Made by a program: the position numbers and the translations under genes. A stretch of DNA of 64,000 nucleotides from an uncultured Gammaproteobacteria bacterium (GTDB taxonomy: Bacteria > Patescibacteriota > Patescibacteriia > Patescibacteriales > UBA12465): positions 384,301 through 448,300 of the forward strand of contig CAZTUJ010000001.1 in the NCBI GenBank assembly GCA_964616855.1. The letters run 5' to 3'. Positions 54,195-63,969 of this stretch are shown piece after piece. Numbering within the stretch: the stretch's first letter is position 1; each line of letters starts with the position of its first letter. The notes below the pieces were generated by a model that saw nothing but the letters and a program-made list of their open reading frames with translations, made no database searches and was not told the DNA's origin.

Positions 54195-54225
54195 AAAAAA
54201 ACAGGGTCCTTAGGCTCTGTTTTTA
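54195..54225 (+). terminator. Intrinsic terminator
   Basis: AAAAAAACAGGGTCC-TTAG-GCTCTGTTTTT, with G-U pairs in the stem. Confidence 0.65.
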
Positions 54226-54283
54226 TATTTGACTTATTTATTATTTTATGTTAATAAATCCCTAGTACCTAAATATATGTATC

Positions 54284-54541
54284 ATGAGAAAAAAGCGAAA
54301 AAATAAAATTAAGATTATTGGCTTCATCGAAAAAATGGAGACAAAGAGATTCTTTATCAGCCTGTTATTCCGCACGGTGCGCGGCCATTACTTTGAGCTT
54401 AAAATCAAGCAAAAAAAGAGAGGTTTACGCGACTTTAGCCATGAAATCGGTAAAGTAATTACCCAAAAGCAAAAAGTCCGTTTTGACGGACATTACATTG
54501 TGCCCATACCGGGGCCAATCCGAAGGGGAATGATGGCTTAA
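54284..54541 (+). CDS. Small basic hypothetical protein
   Basis: 85 aa. It has its own downstream terminator. No family was recognised. Confidence 0.4.
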   Translation: MRKKRKNKIKIIGFIEKMETKRFFISLLFRTVRGHYFELKIKQKKRGLRDFSHEIGKVITQKQKVRFDGHYIVPIPGPIRRGMMA

Positions 54542-54561
54542 TTTTAAAGACATTGAGCAGG

Positions 54562-54591
54562 GAAACCAGTCAGCAACGGCTGGTTTTTTTA
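54562..54591 (+). terminator. Intrinsic terminator
   Basis: AACCAG-(10-nt loop)-CTGGTT followed by TTTTT. Confidence 0.7.
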
Positions 54592-54704
54592 TTACTTTTA
54601 TGCTACAATCAGCAAAGCTTAATGAAAGATTAATTAACAATTAATCTATTTTTTATTTTAATTTTAAGTAAATATCAGAAGATTAAATTTACACTTTTTA
54701 GTTT

Positions 54705-56648
54705 ATGCCCGGCATCTTTCAACTCCAATCTGAATTCGAGCCAGCCGGTGATCAGGCTCAGGCTATCAAAAAACTGCTTCAAGGCTTGGAGCAGGGTTTA
54801 TCGTATCAAACCCTCTTAGGAGTTACCGGTTCGGGTAAAACTTTTACGGCTGCTAATTTAATTGCTGCTTATAATAAACCGGCTTTAGTAATTGCCCCCA
54901 ATAAAGCTTTAGCCGCCCAGCTCTACCGTGAGTATAAAAACTTCTTTCCCAATAATGCTGTCCACTACTTTGTCTCTTACTATGACTACTACCAACCAGA
55001 AGCCTATCTACCTATCACCGATACCTATATCGACAAAGAAGCAATGATTAATGAAGAGATGGACAGACTGCGCCATGGCGCCACCTCAGCGCTCTTGAGC
55101 CGGCCCGATGTTATTATTGTTGCTTCCGTTTCTTGTATCTACAACTTGGGTGTGCCTTTAAATTACTTAGAGGCCTCGCTCCATTTAGAAAAAGGGAAGA
55201 CTATTACCCGAGCAGATTTAATTAGACAGCTAGTGGGGATGCAATTTGAAAGAGTTAACGGGGAAGTAAAGCGCGGACAATTTCGTGTCCGGGGCGATGC
55301 TTTTGAAATTCGACCGATGTCAGAAAATGTTGTTTATCGGGTGGACTTGGAAGCTCAAGCAGTTAAAGACTTATGTATTATTGATAACACCAGTAAAAAC
55401 ATCATTGATAATTTGGAGGAAATGGTTATTTTTCCGCCTAAACATTTTATTTCCACTCAACCCCAGATTGAACAAGCCTTAAAAAATATTCAGGAAGAAC
55501 TGCAGGATCGCTTAGCCCATTTCAAAGCTAATGGTTTGTACTTAGAAGCGGAAAGATTAGAGCGACGCACTCGCTACGACCTGGAAATGCTGCACACGCT
55601 CGGCTACTGCCATGGCATTGAAAACTATTCCCGCCAACTGTCAGGGAAGCTGGCCGGAGAAACGCCAGATGCACTTTTAAGCTATTTTCCTTGGAAAGAA
55701 GGTAAGCCCGACTTTCTCACCATTATTGATGAGTCCCATATCACTATTCCTCAAATTCGGGGCATGTATAACGGTGATCGCTCCCGCAAAAACACTCTCG
55801 TTCAGTATGGCTGGCGTCTACCCAGTGCTTTAGATAACCGCCCCTTAAAATTTACTGAGTTTCAAAAGCGAGTTGGCCCCGTAATCTTTACCACCGCCAC
55901 CCCCGGTGACTACGAAAAGGAAAATTCTCAACAAATAGCCGAGCAAATTATCCGACCAACTGGTCTAGTTGATCCGGAGATAGAAATCAGACCGGTATTT
56001 AACAAAGATACTAATTACAGTCAGATTAACGACATTATGGCCGAAGCGGAACGCTTAGCGGCTAAGAATGAAAGGGTAATCATTAATACCCTAACTAAAA
56101 AGCAAGCGGAAGATTTGAGCACCTTTCTTAATCAAAAAGGTCTAAAGGCTAATTATCTCCACTCTGATATTAAAACCTTTGAACGCACCGATATCCTTAA
56201 AGCTTTCCGGGAGGGGGCCTTTGATGTCCTTATCGGAGTCAATCTCTTACGTGAGGGCTTGGACTTACCGGAAGTAACTCTAGTCGCTATCTTAGACGCT
56301 GATCGTGAAGGCTTCCTGCGCAGCCAAACCTCCCTGATGCAAACAATGGGGCGCGCCGCTCGTAATGTTTCTGGAAAAATTATCCTCTATGCTGACAAAG
56401 AAACTGATTCCATGAAAAAAGCTATTGCCGAATCCCGCCGCCGTCGTGAAAAACAACTAGCCTATAACCAAAAACATAAAATTACGCCACAAACTGTTAT
56501 TAAAAAAATTGAAAGTCTGCTTGGCTTAGAAGAAGAAAGGGAAGGAATAGAAGAAAGACGACAAGAAAAAGAAAAAATTAAAAAAGAAAAATATGGAAAA
56601 CGAAAAACAACGACCGCTCGTCGGGGTGGGCGTGATGGTAAAAAATAA
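54705..56648 (+). CDS. uvrB: Excinuclease ABC subunit B; C-terminal UVR domain apparently replaced by a K/E/R-rich tail
   Basis: Walker A GVTGSGKT is present, with helicase motifs (DESH, LREGLDLPEV, QTMGRAARN). The tail [25 protein letters not shown] lacks the FE.AA..RD pattern. Confidence 0.95.
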   Translation: MPGIFQLQSEFEPAGDQAQAIKKLLQGLEQGLSYQTLLGVTGSGKTFTAANLIAAYNKPALVIAPNKALAAQLYREYKNFFPNNAVHYFVSYYDYYQPEAYLPITDTYIDKEAMINEEMDRLRHGATSALLSRPDVIIVASVSCIYNLGVPLNYLEASLHLEKGKTITRADLIRQLVGMQFERVNGEVKRGQFRVRGDAFEIRPMSENVVYRVDLEAQAVKDLCIIDNTSKNIIDNLEEMVIFPPKHFISTQPQIEQALKNIQEELQDRLAHFKANGLYLEAERLERRTRYDLEMLHTLGYCHGIENYSRQLSGKLAGETPDALLSYFPWKEGKPDFLTIIDESHITIPQIRGMYNGDRSRKNTLVQYGWRLPSALDNRPLKFTEFQKRVGPVIFTTATPGDYEKENSQQIAEQIIRPTGLVDPEIEIRPVFNKDTNYSQINDIMAEAERLAAKNERVIINTLTKKQAEDLSTFLNQKGLKANYLHSDIKTFERTDILKAFREGAFDVLIGVNLLREGLDLPEVTLVAILDADREGFLRSQTSLMQTMGRAARNVSGKIILYADKETDSMKKAIAESRRRREKQLAYNQKHKITPQTVIKKIESLLGLEEEREGIEERRQEKEKIKKEKYGKRKTTTARRGGRDGKK

Positions 56649-57027
56649 AAAAGGAGAAATCCTTTTAGGCCTACGTCGTTCTCCCCATGGCCAAGGCACT
56701 TGGAGTTTTCCAGGTGGCCACTTAGAATTTGGAGAAACTATGGCCGCCGCTGCTATCCGAGAGACTAAGGAAGAGACCGGCTTGGAGGTTTCAGAATTAG
56801 AGTTAGTTTCTTTAGCTGACGAAATGGGCAGTCTGGATAAAGGTAAACATTATGTCAATGTCGGCTTCTTGGCTCATTTTGTCTCCGGCGAACCAATGGT
56901 AACCGAGCCAGAAAAATGGGAAGGTTGGCAATGGTTTGATCCCGGGAAATTACCAGAACCAATTTTTGAAGGCACTTACTTAATGATTCAGCGCTACCAA
57001 GCCGGACAGCTTTATTGGAACCGATAA
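56593..57027 (+). CDS. Nudix hydrolase (MutT-like), canonical Nudix box
   Basis: [24 protein letters not shown]. The gene overlaps the uvrB 3' end by 56 nt in another frame. Confidence 0.85.
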   Translation: MENEKQRPLVGVGVMVKNKKGEILLGLRRSPHGQGTWSFPGGHLEFGETMAAAAIRETKEETGLEVSELELVSLADEMGSLDKGKHYVNVGFLAHFVSGEPMVTEPEKWEGWQWFDPGKLPEPIFEGTYLMIQRYQAGQLYWNR

Positions 57028-57043
57028 AATTAAATAAACAAAC

Positions 57044-59584
57044 ATGCAAGATAAAATAATCATCCGTGGTGCGCGGATGCACAATTTAAAAAATATCAAC
57101 CTGGAAATACCGCACAACAGTCTTTCGGTTATTACCGGTGTTTCTGGTTCGGGTAAATCATCGCTGGCTTTTGATACAATTTTTGCCGAAGGACAGAGAC
57201 AATATGTGGAATCGCTTTCGCCCTATATGCGCCAATTTTTGGGCCAAAAAAAACCAGCGGATGTGGATGAAATTTTAGGCTTAGCCCCGGCTATTTCTAT
57301 TGACCAAAAAGCTTTATCCCACAACCCGCGCTCTACCGTTGGCACTCTTACCGAAATCCACGATTATCTACGCGTTCTCTACGCTCGCGTGGGCGAAGTT
57401 TTTTGTCCTCATTGTGGCATCAAGATTGAAAAGCTTACCCTGGAAGAAATGATTGATATTATTATTTCCCGCGGTAAAGAATACCAAGAAGAATATGCGG
57501 TAATTTTAAGTCCGGTGGTACGTGACCGCAAAGGCGAATACTACCAATTGCTCTATGACTACCTTAAACTCGGTTATGCCGAAGCTCGGGTCGATGGGGA
57601 AGATAAAAATCTGCGTGAACCGGTAAAACTGAATGCTAAAACTAAACATAATATTGATATTGTCATTGATAAAGTCATGCTTAGTGATGAGGGGCGCCTC
57701 TTTGAAGCGGTAGAAAATGCTTTACAATACAGCCAGGGCTTGGTGATTGTTAAATTTCAGAAACAAGAATTTCTGCTTTCTTCTAATTGGACCTGTCCCA
57801 ATGACAGTTTTTCTTTTCCGGAAGTAGAACCGCGTCTTTTTTCTTTTAACTCTCCCCACGGCGCTTGTCCCCAGTGTTCTGGTTTAGGTAAAATTGGTTT
57901 TTCCGCCGACAAATTTTGTCCCGAATGTCAGGGACAACGTCTCCGCCCGGAATCACTGTCGGTAAAAGTCAACGGCAAAAATATTGCCGATCTCAGCCAT
58001 TTAAGTATTGATAAAGCCTATGATTTCTTCTGGAAGTATTATCAAAAGATGAATAAAAGACAGCTGACAATTGCCGACAACGTCATGGGTCAAATTCTCA
58101 ACCGCTTAGAGTTTTTAAATAAAGTCGGCTTAAACTATCTCTCTCTCGATCGGGAAGCCGAAAGCCTCTCTGGTGGGGAAGCCCAACGCATCCGCCTGTC
58201 TTCACAAATTGGCTCCCAACTCTCCCGCACCCTCTATGTTCTAGACGAGCCGACGATTGGCCTGCATGAACGCGATACCGAGCGCTTAATCAAAACACTC
58301 GAAACTCTGCGCGATAAAAATAATACGGTGATTATCGTGGAACATGACGAACGGACAATTTTAGCTTCCGACTATCTCGTCGATCTTGGCCCTCTAGCTG
58401 GCGTCCACGGTGGCCAAATCGAAGCGATGGGGGAAACCTCTAAACTGCTTGCGGCTGAACAAAAAAAACCAGGAAGCCAGTCCTTGACCATGCAATATTT
58501 AGCGGGACATAAAGAAATTGCTATTCCTGAAAAACGCCGTAGCCAGAACCACGGTAGCCTCAAAATTATTGGCGCCAAAGTAAATAATTTAAAAAATCTT
58601 AAAGCGGAAATACCGCTTGGCCGCTTAGTCGGCATCAGCGGCGTTTCCGGTTCTGGAAAATCTTCCTTGCTCTACGATGTCCTCTATAAAAATCTATCTT
58701 ATATTAAAAACAATCCCGGCAAAAAAAATAAGCTCAGCGGGCTTGATGAGCTTAAAGGAGCGGAATATGTTAATAAAATTGTCGTGATTGATCAGTCGCC
58801 GATCGGTCGGACTCCTCGTTCTAATCCCGCTACCTATACCGGTATATTTACCCCCATCCGTGATTTTTATGCAGCCCTACCAGAAGCCAAAGAACGCGCC
58901 TACTCCATCTCCCGTTTTTCCTTTAATCGACCAGGTGGACGCTGTGAAGCCTGCGAGGGGGCTGGTTCTAACTTAATTGAAATGCATTTCTTGCCCGCAG
59001 TTTTAGTGGAGTGCGAAGTTTGCCGCGGTCGTCGTTTCAACCGCGAAACTTTACAGGTTAAATATAAAGGTAAAAATATTGCTGATGTCTTAGAAATGAC
59101 GATTGATGAAGCGATTGATTTATTTGATGGTAATTATTATATTACGGACAAACTCCGAGTTTTACAGTCAGTCGGCCTAGGTTATCTCAAGCTAGGACAA
59201 TCGGCTACCACCTTATCTGGAGGGGAAGCTCAGCGAGTAAAAATCGGCAAAGAACTGACTCATACCCTGGGTAAACGCACCCTCTATCTCTTAGATGAAC
59301 CGACCACCGGTCTTCACTATTATGATATCGATATGCTCTTAAATGTTTTAAATAAGCTGGTAGAGAAGGGAAATTCAGTCCTAGTCATAGAGCACAACCT
59401 GCACATGCTTAAATCCATGGACTATCTTTTAGATTTAGGTCCAGACGGCGGCGACGCTGGCGGCAAAATAGTGGCGGCTGGCACCCCCGAAGAAGTAGCT
59501 GCTAATCCTAAAAGCTTAACCGGACAATACTTAAAAAAACTGCTAAAAGGGCAGAAAAAAGAAAAAACTGGGAAGATTCTCTAA
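57044..59584 (+). CDS. uvrA: Excinuclease ABC subunit A, short form lacking the insertion domain
   Basis: Two ABC modules are present (GVSGSGKSS twice, LSGGE twice). The UvrB-binding region appears to be present. The second zinc module reads [23 protein letters not shown], with only about 10 aa where an insertion domain of about 100 aa normally sits. Confidence 0.95.
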   Translation: MQDKIIIRGARMHNLKNINLEIPHNSLSVITGVSGSGKSSLAFDTIFAEGQRQYVESLSPYMRQFLGQKKPADVDEILGLAPAISIDQKALSHNPRSTVGTLTEIHDYLRVLYARVGEVFCPHCGIKIEKLTLEEMIDIIISRGKEYQEEYAVILSPVVRDRKGEYYQLLYDYLKLGYAEARVDGEDKNLREPVKLNAKTKHNIDIVIDKVMLSDEGRLFEAVENALQYSQGLVIVKFQKQEFLLSSNWTCPNDSFSFPEVEPRLFSFNSPHGACPQCSGLGKIGFSADKFCPECQGQRLRPESLSVKVNGKNIADLSHLSIDKAYDFFWKYYQKMNKRQLTIADNVMGQILNRLEFLNKVGLNYLSLDREAESLSGGEAQRIRLSSQIGSQLSRTLYVLDEPTIGLHERDTERLIKTLETLRDKNNTVIIVEHDERTILASDYLVDLGPLAGVHGGQIEAMGETSKLLAAEQKKPGSQSLTMQYLAGHKEIAIPEKRRSQNHGSLKIIGAKVNNLKNLKAEIPLGRLVGISGVSGSGKSSLLYDVLYKNLSYIKNNPGKKNKLSGLDELKGAEYVNKIVVIDQSPIGRTPRSNPATYTGIFTPIRDFYAALPEAKERAYSISRFSFNRPGGRCEACEGAGSNLIEMHFLPAVLVECEVCRGRRFNRETLQVKYKGKNIADVLEMTIDEAIDLFDGNYYITDKLRVLQSVGLGYLKLGQSATTLSGGEAQRVKIGKELTHTLGKRTLYLLDEPTTGLHYYDIDMLLNVLNKLVEKGNSVLVIEHNLHMLKSMDYLLDLGPDGGDAGGKIVAAGTPEEVAANPKSLTGQYLKKLLKGQKKEKTGKIL

Positions 59585-59887
59585 AGTTGCCTTTAAAGTT
59601 TCTTACCCAGTTCCGGCGAAGCGTGCTCTTACCGAGCTTTATTTTAGCTAGGGGCCAAGAACAGAATGCAAACATTCATAGTTGTGGCGGTCAGCTACAA
59701 GTCGCTTCTTTTTCTCCTTGCGGAGGCTCTTTGTAATTTTGGGGGCGGGTTTAGGCAAACTGATTATCACCATCTAATCAGACTGAGATACGCGAGGTGC
59801 GCCCTATTTACAAAAATCCAAAGAACAATTTGATGACGCAATCTTAGCAAGCTAATAATTTTTGTCAAGACTTAAGATTTTACCACC
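59585..59887. ncRNA. ORF-poor, comparatively GC-rich 300-nt spacer; candidate structured RNA or small-protein locus (unassigned)
   Basis: Local hairpins include GAATG-CAAA-CATTC, CTCC-TTGC-GGAG, CTGATTA-(8)-TAATCAG and a GGGCG/CGCCC closing stem. There is also a 55-aa ATG ORF at 59666-59833 (MQTFIVVAVSYKSLLFLLAEALCNFGGG...). Confidence 0.25.
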
Positions 59888-60211
59888 ATGAAAGACCAAA
59901 AAACTATCAACCCCAGCCCCTTTGCCAGCGCTGTTTACAAGCTAACCGGTCTCATTCCTTTGGGAAAAGTAGCTACTTATGGTCAAATTGCTCGGAAGAT
60001 GGGAAAACCAAAGGCCGCTCGTGCTGTTGGCCAAGCTTTACACTGCAATCCCCTTGCCCCCAAAGTTCCTTGTCACCGAGTTGTCCAAAGTAATGGAGAC
60101 TTAGGTGGTTTTGCCGGAGGATTAAAAAAGAAAACAATTCTCTTAAGACAGGAGGGAATAGTAATAAAAGACAATCGCCTTGATTTGAATAAATATCAAG
60201 CCAAACTATAA
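59888..60211 (+). CDS. Single-domain MGMT-family protein (O6-alkylguanine alkyltransferase C-terminal/DNA-binding domain only; active-site Cys retained)
   Basis: 107 aa with the VPCHRVV motif. The N-terminal Ada/Ogt domain is absent. Confidence 0.85.
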   Translation: MKDQKTINPSPFASAVYKLTGLIPLGKVATYGQIARKMGKPKAARAVGQALHCNPLAPKVPCHRVVQSNGDLGGFAGGLKKKTILLRQEGIVIKDNRLDLNKYQAKL

Positions 60212-60213
60212 GC

Positions 60214-61416
60214 ATGCCTCATCCGCTGAAAAACTTATTAAAAGAAATTCCGAAAACGCCCGGCGTCTATTTTTGGTATGGGGCGAATAAAGAAATTTTG
60301 TATGTGGGCAGGGCAGTAAATTTAAAAAATCGGCTCAGCCAATATTTTCAAAAAAACATTGATAGCCGTATTGCCGAGATGGTAGCCCAAGCAACTGACT
60401 TAAAATTCACCACCTGCGAGAGCTTATTGGAAGCAATTATCTTAGAAGCCAGTAACATTAAAAAATACTGGCCCAAATATAACATTGTTGACCGTGATGA
60501 TCGGTCTTTTATCTATATTGCCATTAATAGCAAAGAGGAATATCCGCGGCCGATTATTATCCGGGGGCAAGATTTGAAAAAATTTCCTTCCCGCGCCTAT
60601 CATCTCTTTGGCCCCTATCAATCATATTATTTAATGAATTCGGCTTTACGACTGTTGCGTCGAATTTTTCCCTACAGCACTTGTACTCCTAAGAGTGGTA
60701 AGGCTTGTTTTGACTACCAAATTGGTCTTTGCCCGGGCGCCTGTATTACCAGCATCAGCCCGACCGCTTACAAAAAAAATATTCGCAATCTCATTCTCCT
60801 CTTAAAGGGAGAACGCCAACGCCTATTACAGAAACTAGAGAAAGAAAATCCAGAACAAGCTAGGGCTTTACGCCATCTACAAGAAGTCTCGCTGCTGGGC
60901 CGCGAAAATGATCTCAATCAAAGCCGTCTCCAGCGTATTGAAGGCTATGATATTTCCCACTTCCAGGGTAAAGAAGCTTACGCCTCGATGGTGGTTTTTA
61001 GTAACGGCGAAAAACAAAATTCCGCTTATCGACTCTTTAAAATTAAAGAAGCGCCCGCCGGTGACGATGAACGCGCCCTTTTAGAGACTCTACTAAGAAG
61101 ATTTCAGCACGCCGACTGGCCTCGTCCAGAAATGATTATGATTGACGGCGGCAGCCCCCAAATCAGCTTCCTGACCAGGGAATTAGCCAAACATAATATT
61201 GTCCTCCCCTTAGTTGGTATCTCTAAATTCGGCGGCGATCGCTTAGTTTTCCCTAAGGGGGTAAAGAAAAACTTTAAAGATTTAGCTGCCGTTTTAAAAC
61301 CAACCCTCCTCCAAGTTAGGGAAGAAGCTCATCGCTTTGCTAATTATGGCCGCAAACGCGGCGCTAAAAAAAGCGCTTTTCCGCTTGACAATAAGAGGAA
61401 ATCTGCTAATATATAA
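60214..61416 (+). CDS. uvrC: Excinuclease ABC subunit C, short form (GIY-YIG plus RNase H-like domain; no (HhH)2, UVR domain not recognisable)
   Basis: The GIY-YIG domain is GVYFWYG...ILYVGRA.NLKNRL. RIEGYDISH, MIDGG and REEAHRFA are present. The protein ends at 400 aa, where canonical UvrC continues for about 100 aa. Confidence 0.85.
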   Translation: MPHPLKNLLKEIPKTPGVYFWYGANKEILYVGRAVNLKNRLSQYFQKNIDSRIAEMVAQATDLKFTTCESLLEAIILEASNIKKYWPKYNIVDRDDRSFIYIAINSKEEYPRPIIIRGQDLKKFPSRAYHLFGPYQSYYLMNSALRLLRRIFPYSTCTPKSGKACFDYQIGLCPGACITSISPTAYKKNIRNLILLLKGERQRLLQKLEKENPEQARALRHLQEVSLLGRENDLNQSRLQRIEGYDISHFQGKEAYASMVVFSNGEKQNSAYRLFKIKEAPAGDDERALLETLLRRFQHADWPRPEMIMIDGGSPQISFLTRELAKHNIVLPLVGISKFGGDRLVFPKGVKKNFKDLAAVLKPTLLQVREEAHRFANYGRKRGAKKSAFPLDNKRKSANI

Positions 61417-61419
61417 ATA

Positions 61420-61587
61420 CAAATCAATCATTTGCCCCAGACAGCAAGCAAAAAAGTAAGACTTGCCTAGGTAAATTCAAGCTAATATTAGCTTTTATTT
61501 AATCTGCGGCTGACCTCAGATTTTTTTGTTTTAAAGGTCTTATTAACAAAGTACTTATAAATCAGCGTGAAAACGCTTTAAAAAAAT
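61420..61587 (+). promoter_or_regulatory. Candidate L10 (rplJ) leader with attenuator-like hairpin plus U-run and a GAAA-capped hairpin next to the start codon
   Basis: AATCTG-(10)-CAGATT followed by TTTTTT lies at 61501-61527. AGCGT-GAAA-ACGCT lies at 61563-61577. The position upstream of rplJ-rplL matches the known autoregulated leader, but homology was not verified. Confidence 0.35.
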
Positions 61588-62112
61588 ATGCCAAAAAGCA
61601 AAGTCCAAAAGCAGGAAATCCTGCGGAGCTTGGAAAAAAAGATTGAGAAATCAAAATCAATCGTTTTTGCCGGCTTTAACGCTTTGGGGGTAAAAGATAA
61701 TGAGGCTCTACGTGACCAGTTACGCCAAGAAAACGGCGAATACTACGTTGCCAAGAAAACCTTATTAGGCTTAGCCTTCAAAAATCAAGGCGTGGACGGC
61801 TTGGATACAAAAGGTCTTGATGGCAAGATTGCCGCAATTTTCTCCTATGGAGACGAGGTAGCGGCCGCGAAAGTGCTCGATACTTTCCGTAAAGATAGAG
61901 GTGAAAAACTCTATTTCTTAGGCGGAATCTTGGAAGGGAAACTACTTTCCAAGGAAGAAATCGAAGCAGTCGCGAAACTGCCGAGTAAGCCTGAATTGTA
62001 TGCCAAACTCGTGGGCTCCTTAAACGCCCCGGTCTCCGGTTTTGTTAACGCTTTAGCCGGAAATCTCCGCAACCTTGTGTACGTCTTGAAAGCGATTGAA
62101 GAAAAAAAATAA
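61588..62112 (+). CDS. rplJ: 50S ribosomal protein L10
   Basis: 174 aa. Its position before rplL and the typical N-terminal KSKSIVFAGF and YVAKKTL patterns support the call. Confidence 0.9.
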   Translation: MPKSKVQKQEILRSLEKKIEKSKSIVFAGFNALGVKDNEALRDQLRQENGEYYVAKKTLLGLAFKNQGVDGLDTKGLDGKIAAIFSYGDEVAAAKVLDTFRKDRGEKLYFLGGILEGKLLSKEEIEAVAKLPSKPELYAKLVGSLNAPVSGFVNALAGNLRNLVYVLKAIEEKK

Positions 62113-62163
62113 TAAATAAACGCCTGCTCCGGATACTATCCGGACAGAGCGATCAATAAAACT

Positions 62164-62583
62164 ATGTCCGAAGAAATGAAAAATGACGCCGCTGAAGAAG
62201 TGGTGGTACCGGCTAAGTTTCAGAGCTTAGTCAGCGAAATTGAAAAGATGAGCGTTTTAGATTTAGCTGAGCTCGTCAAAATCTTAGAAAAGAAATTCGG
62301 TGTTTCTGCTGCTGCCCCGGCCATGATGATGGCTCCGGCTGCTGGTGGTGCTGCCGCTGCCGTAGAAGAAAAGGATAGCTTTGATGTAGAATTGACTGAA
62401 GGTGGAGCTAATAAAATCAATGTCATCAAGGTGGTGCGCGAAGTTACTGAAATGGGTTTAAAGGAAGCTAAAGACTTAGTCGATGGCGCTCCGAAGATGA
62501 TCAAAGAAGGTTTAAAGAAGGAAGAAGCTGAAGCTTTAAAGAAGAAATTCGAAGAAGCTGGTGCTAAGATCACCTTGAAATAA
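62164..62583 (+). CDS. rplL: 50S ribosomal protein L7/L12
   Basis: Ala-rich hinge, with a C-terminal [23 protein letters not shown]...[13 protein letters not shown]. Confidence 0.95.
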   Translation: MSEEMKNDAAEEVVVPAKFQSLVSEIEKMSVLDLAELVKILEKKFGVSAAAPAMMMAPAAGGAAAAVEEKDSFDVELTEGGANKINVIKVVREVTEMGLKEAKDLVDGAPKMIKEGLKKEEAEALKKKFEEAGAKITLK

Positions 62584-62598
62584 ATATTTCTCAGAACT

Positions 62599-62633
62599 AA
62601 AAAACACCTCGGCGTTAGTCGAGGTGTTTTTGT
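62599..62633. terminator. Bidirectional intrinsic terminator
   Basis: AAAAAACACCTCG-(8)-CGAGGTGTTTTT lies between convergent genes. Confidence 0.85.
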
Positions 62634-62646
62634 TATCTCAAAAAAT

Positions 62647-63969
62647 CTATTCTAAGCCAATCCTATAAATAGCATCATCATTGAGGAAATAGGCGGTTTT
62701 ATTGTCGCTGGAAATACTAAAGTCTTTAAGATTATTAAGCGAGGGGAGGCGGAATTGTTTAAGTAAAGCCCCTTCTTTATTAAAAATTAACAGACGCTTA
62801 CTATTTTTATCAAGGATAAAAAAACGATCAGTACTAGCTTTCAAAAGAGAAGCGCTATCTAAAGCCGGATCAACGGCAGCTAAAGAGAAATCTTGGGGAC
62901 GATTAAGATAAAATTTTTGAACTTGACCGTTATTCTTTAAAACCAAGACATCGCCAGTAACTGCTAAATCAATAGCATCACCCAATTGCACCTCTTCTTT
63001 TAACCAAGAAGTCTTAGAATCATAATTATTGCCGTTGGGATTTAAGCGATAAATCTGATTATTATCAGCCATTAAAACATAAAGGCGATTGTTATAAAAT
63101 TGAAAAGCATTAATTTTATCATCAGGACCAATGCCATTAAGATTAAGGGTACTATTATTACCATTGGTAATATCTAAACTGATTAAACGATTAGCACTGA
63201 GATAATAAATTTTATCCGCTAATAAAACCGGCTTTTCTAAGGAATTAAAATCTCCGCTTAACAAGAAGGAGTCACTTTTCTTGGCATTCAAGTCCCAGGA
63301 ATAAACCGCTTTAGCGGCGGCATCAGCGGCGTACAATTTATCTTTAACAAAAATTAGATTTCTAGCTTCAGCCGAAGCATTGTAGTCCTTGAAATTTACC
63401 AACAATTCAGGACTATCAACCGTAGTTAATTTCTGCACCTTAGCTCTTTGTCCTTCAATCTCTGCCCGAATCTGATCACGACGAGCTATTTGTTCTTCGC
63501 CTTTAACTGGCAAAGAGTCCAGAGCCGCCAAGCTCTCACCAATTAAAGTCTTAGCTCCTTCCTGATTATCATATAAAAGATAGGAATCAACCATGCTCTT
63601 TTTCGCTTCCAGGCCAGCAATTAGATTATTAAAGTATTCCTCATTAGTCCGCCGACGATTATTAATCCCCGTAATCACTAAACTTCCTAATAAAATCAGG
63701 AAAGCAAGGGCTAAAAGGGCAAACATCGCTTTATTGCGCGGGTTTAAAGATGAGAGCCAGGCCCGATTTTTTTGCCAAATTTCTTTCCAAAAAATAGGGT
63801 TAAATAGGTTGATAAACACCGAGGCCACAATCTTCAAAGAACGACCAAAGCGAAAGCGCTTCCGACCAAAATTCATTTTTTCTTTAATCATTCGGGTGGC
63901 AGAAAAAGTTTTCTGCTTGCTTAAAGAAGGTAAATTTTTATTAACCGGTAACTGATTTTTTAAACGCAA
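62647..63969 (-). CDS. Membrane-anchored hypothetical protein with probable beta-propeller ectodomain; true start uncertain
   Basis: 440 aa from a TTG start. The reading frame stays open to the window edge at 64000, and internal ATGs (MIKEKMNF) are alternative starts. One TM is present (AMFALLALAFLILLGSLVITGI). Confidence 0.55.
   Translation of the reverse strand: MRLKNQLPVNKNLPSLSKQKTFSATRMIKEKMNFGRKRFRFGRSLKIVASVFINLFNPIFWKEIWQKNRAWLSSLNPRNKAMFALLALAFLILLGSLVITGINNRRRTNEEYFNNLIAGLEAKKSMVDSYLLYDNQEGAKTLIGESLAALDSLPVKGEEQIARRDQIRAEIEGQRAKVQKLTTVDSPELLVNFKDYNASAEARNLIFVKDKLYAADAAAKAVYSWDLNAKKSDSFLLSGDFNSLEKPVLLADKIYYLSANRLISLDITNGNNSTLNLNGIGPDDKINAFQFYNNRLYVLMADNNQIYRLNPNGNNYDSKTSWLKEEVQLGDAIDLAVTGDVLVLKNNGQVQKFYLNRPQDFSLAAVDPALDSASLLKASTDRFFILDKNSKRLLIFNKEGALLKQFRLPSLNNLKDFSISSDNKTAYFLNDDAIYRIGLE

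Noticed and set aside
59600-59645. RNase P RNA on the minus strand, because CGGTAAGAGCACGC...CTGGGTAAGAAAC resembles the GGUAAGAGCGCACC...CUGGUAACAG region
   Set aside because: I found no GAGGAAAGUCC (CR-I) and no ACAGAANNCGGCUUA (CR-V) in the window. The available space before uvrA is also too short for the 3' half.
59741-59805. c-di-GMP-I (GEMM) or TPP riboswitch, because of GGCAAAC...ACGC and GGGG.GC...CTGAGA strings
   Set aside because: The hairpin loop is not a GNRA tetraloop, and no receptor helix or ACCTGA...pyrimidine-sensor arm follows. The downstream gene, an MGMT-domain gene, is not a typical riboswitch target.
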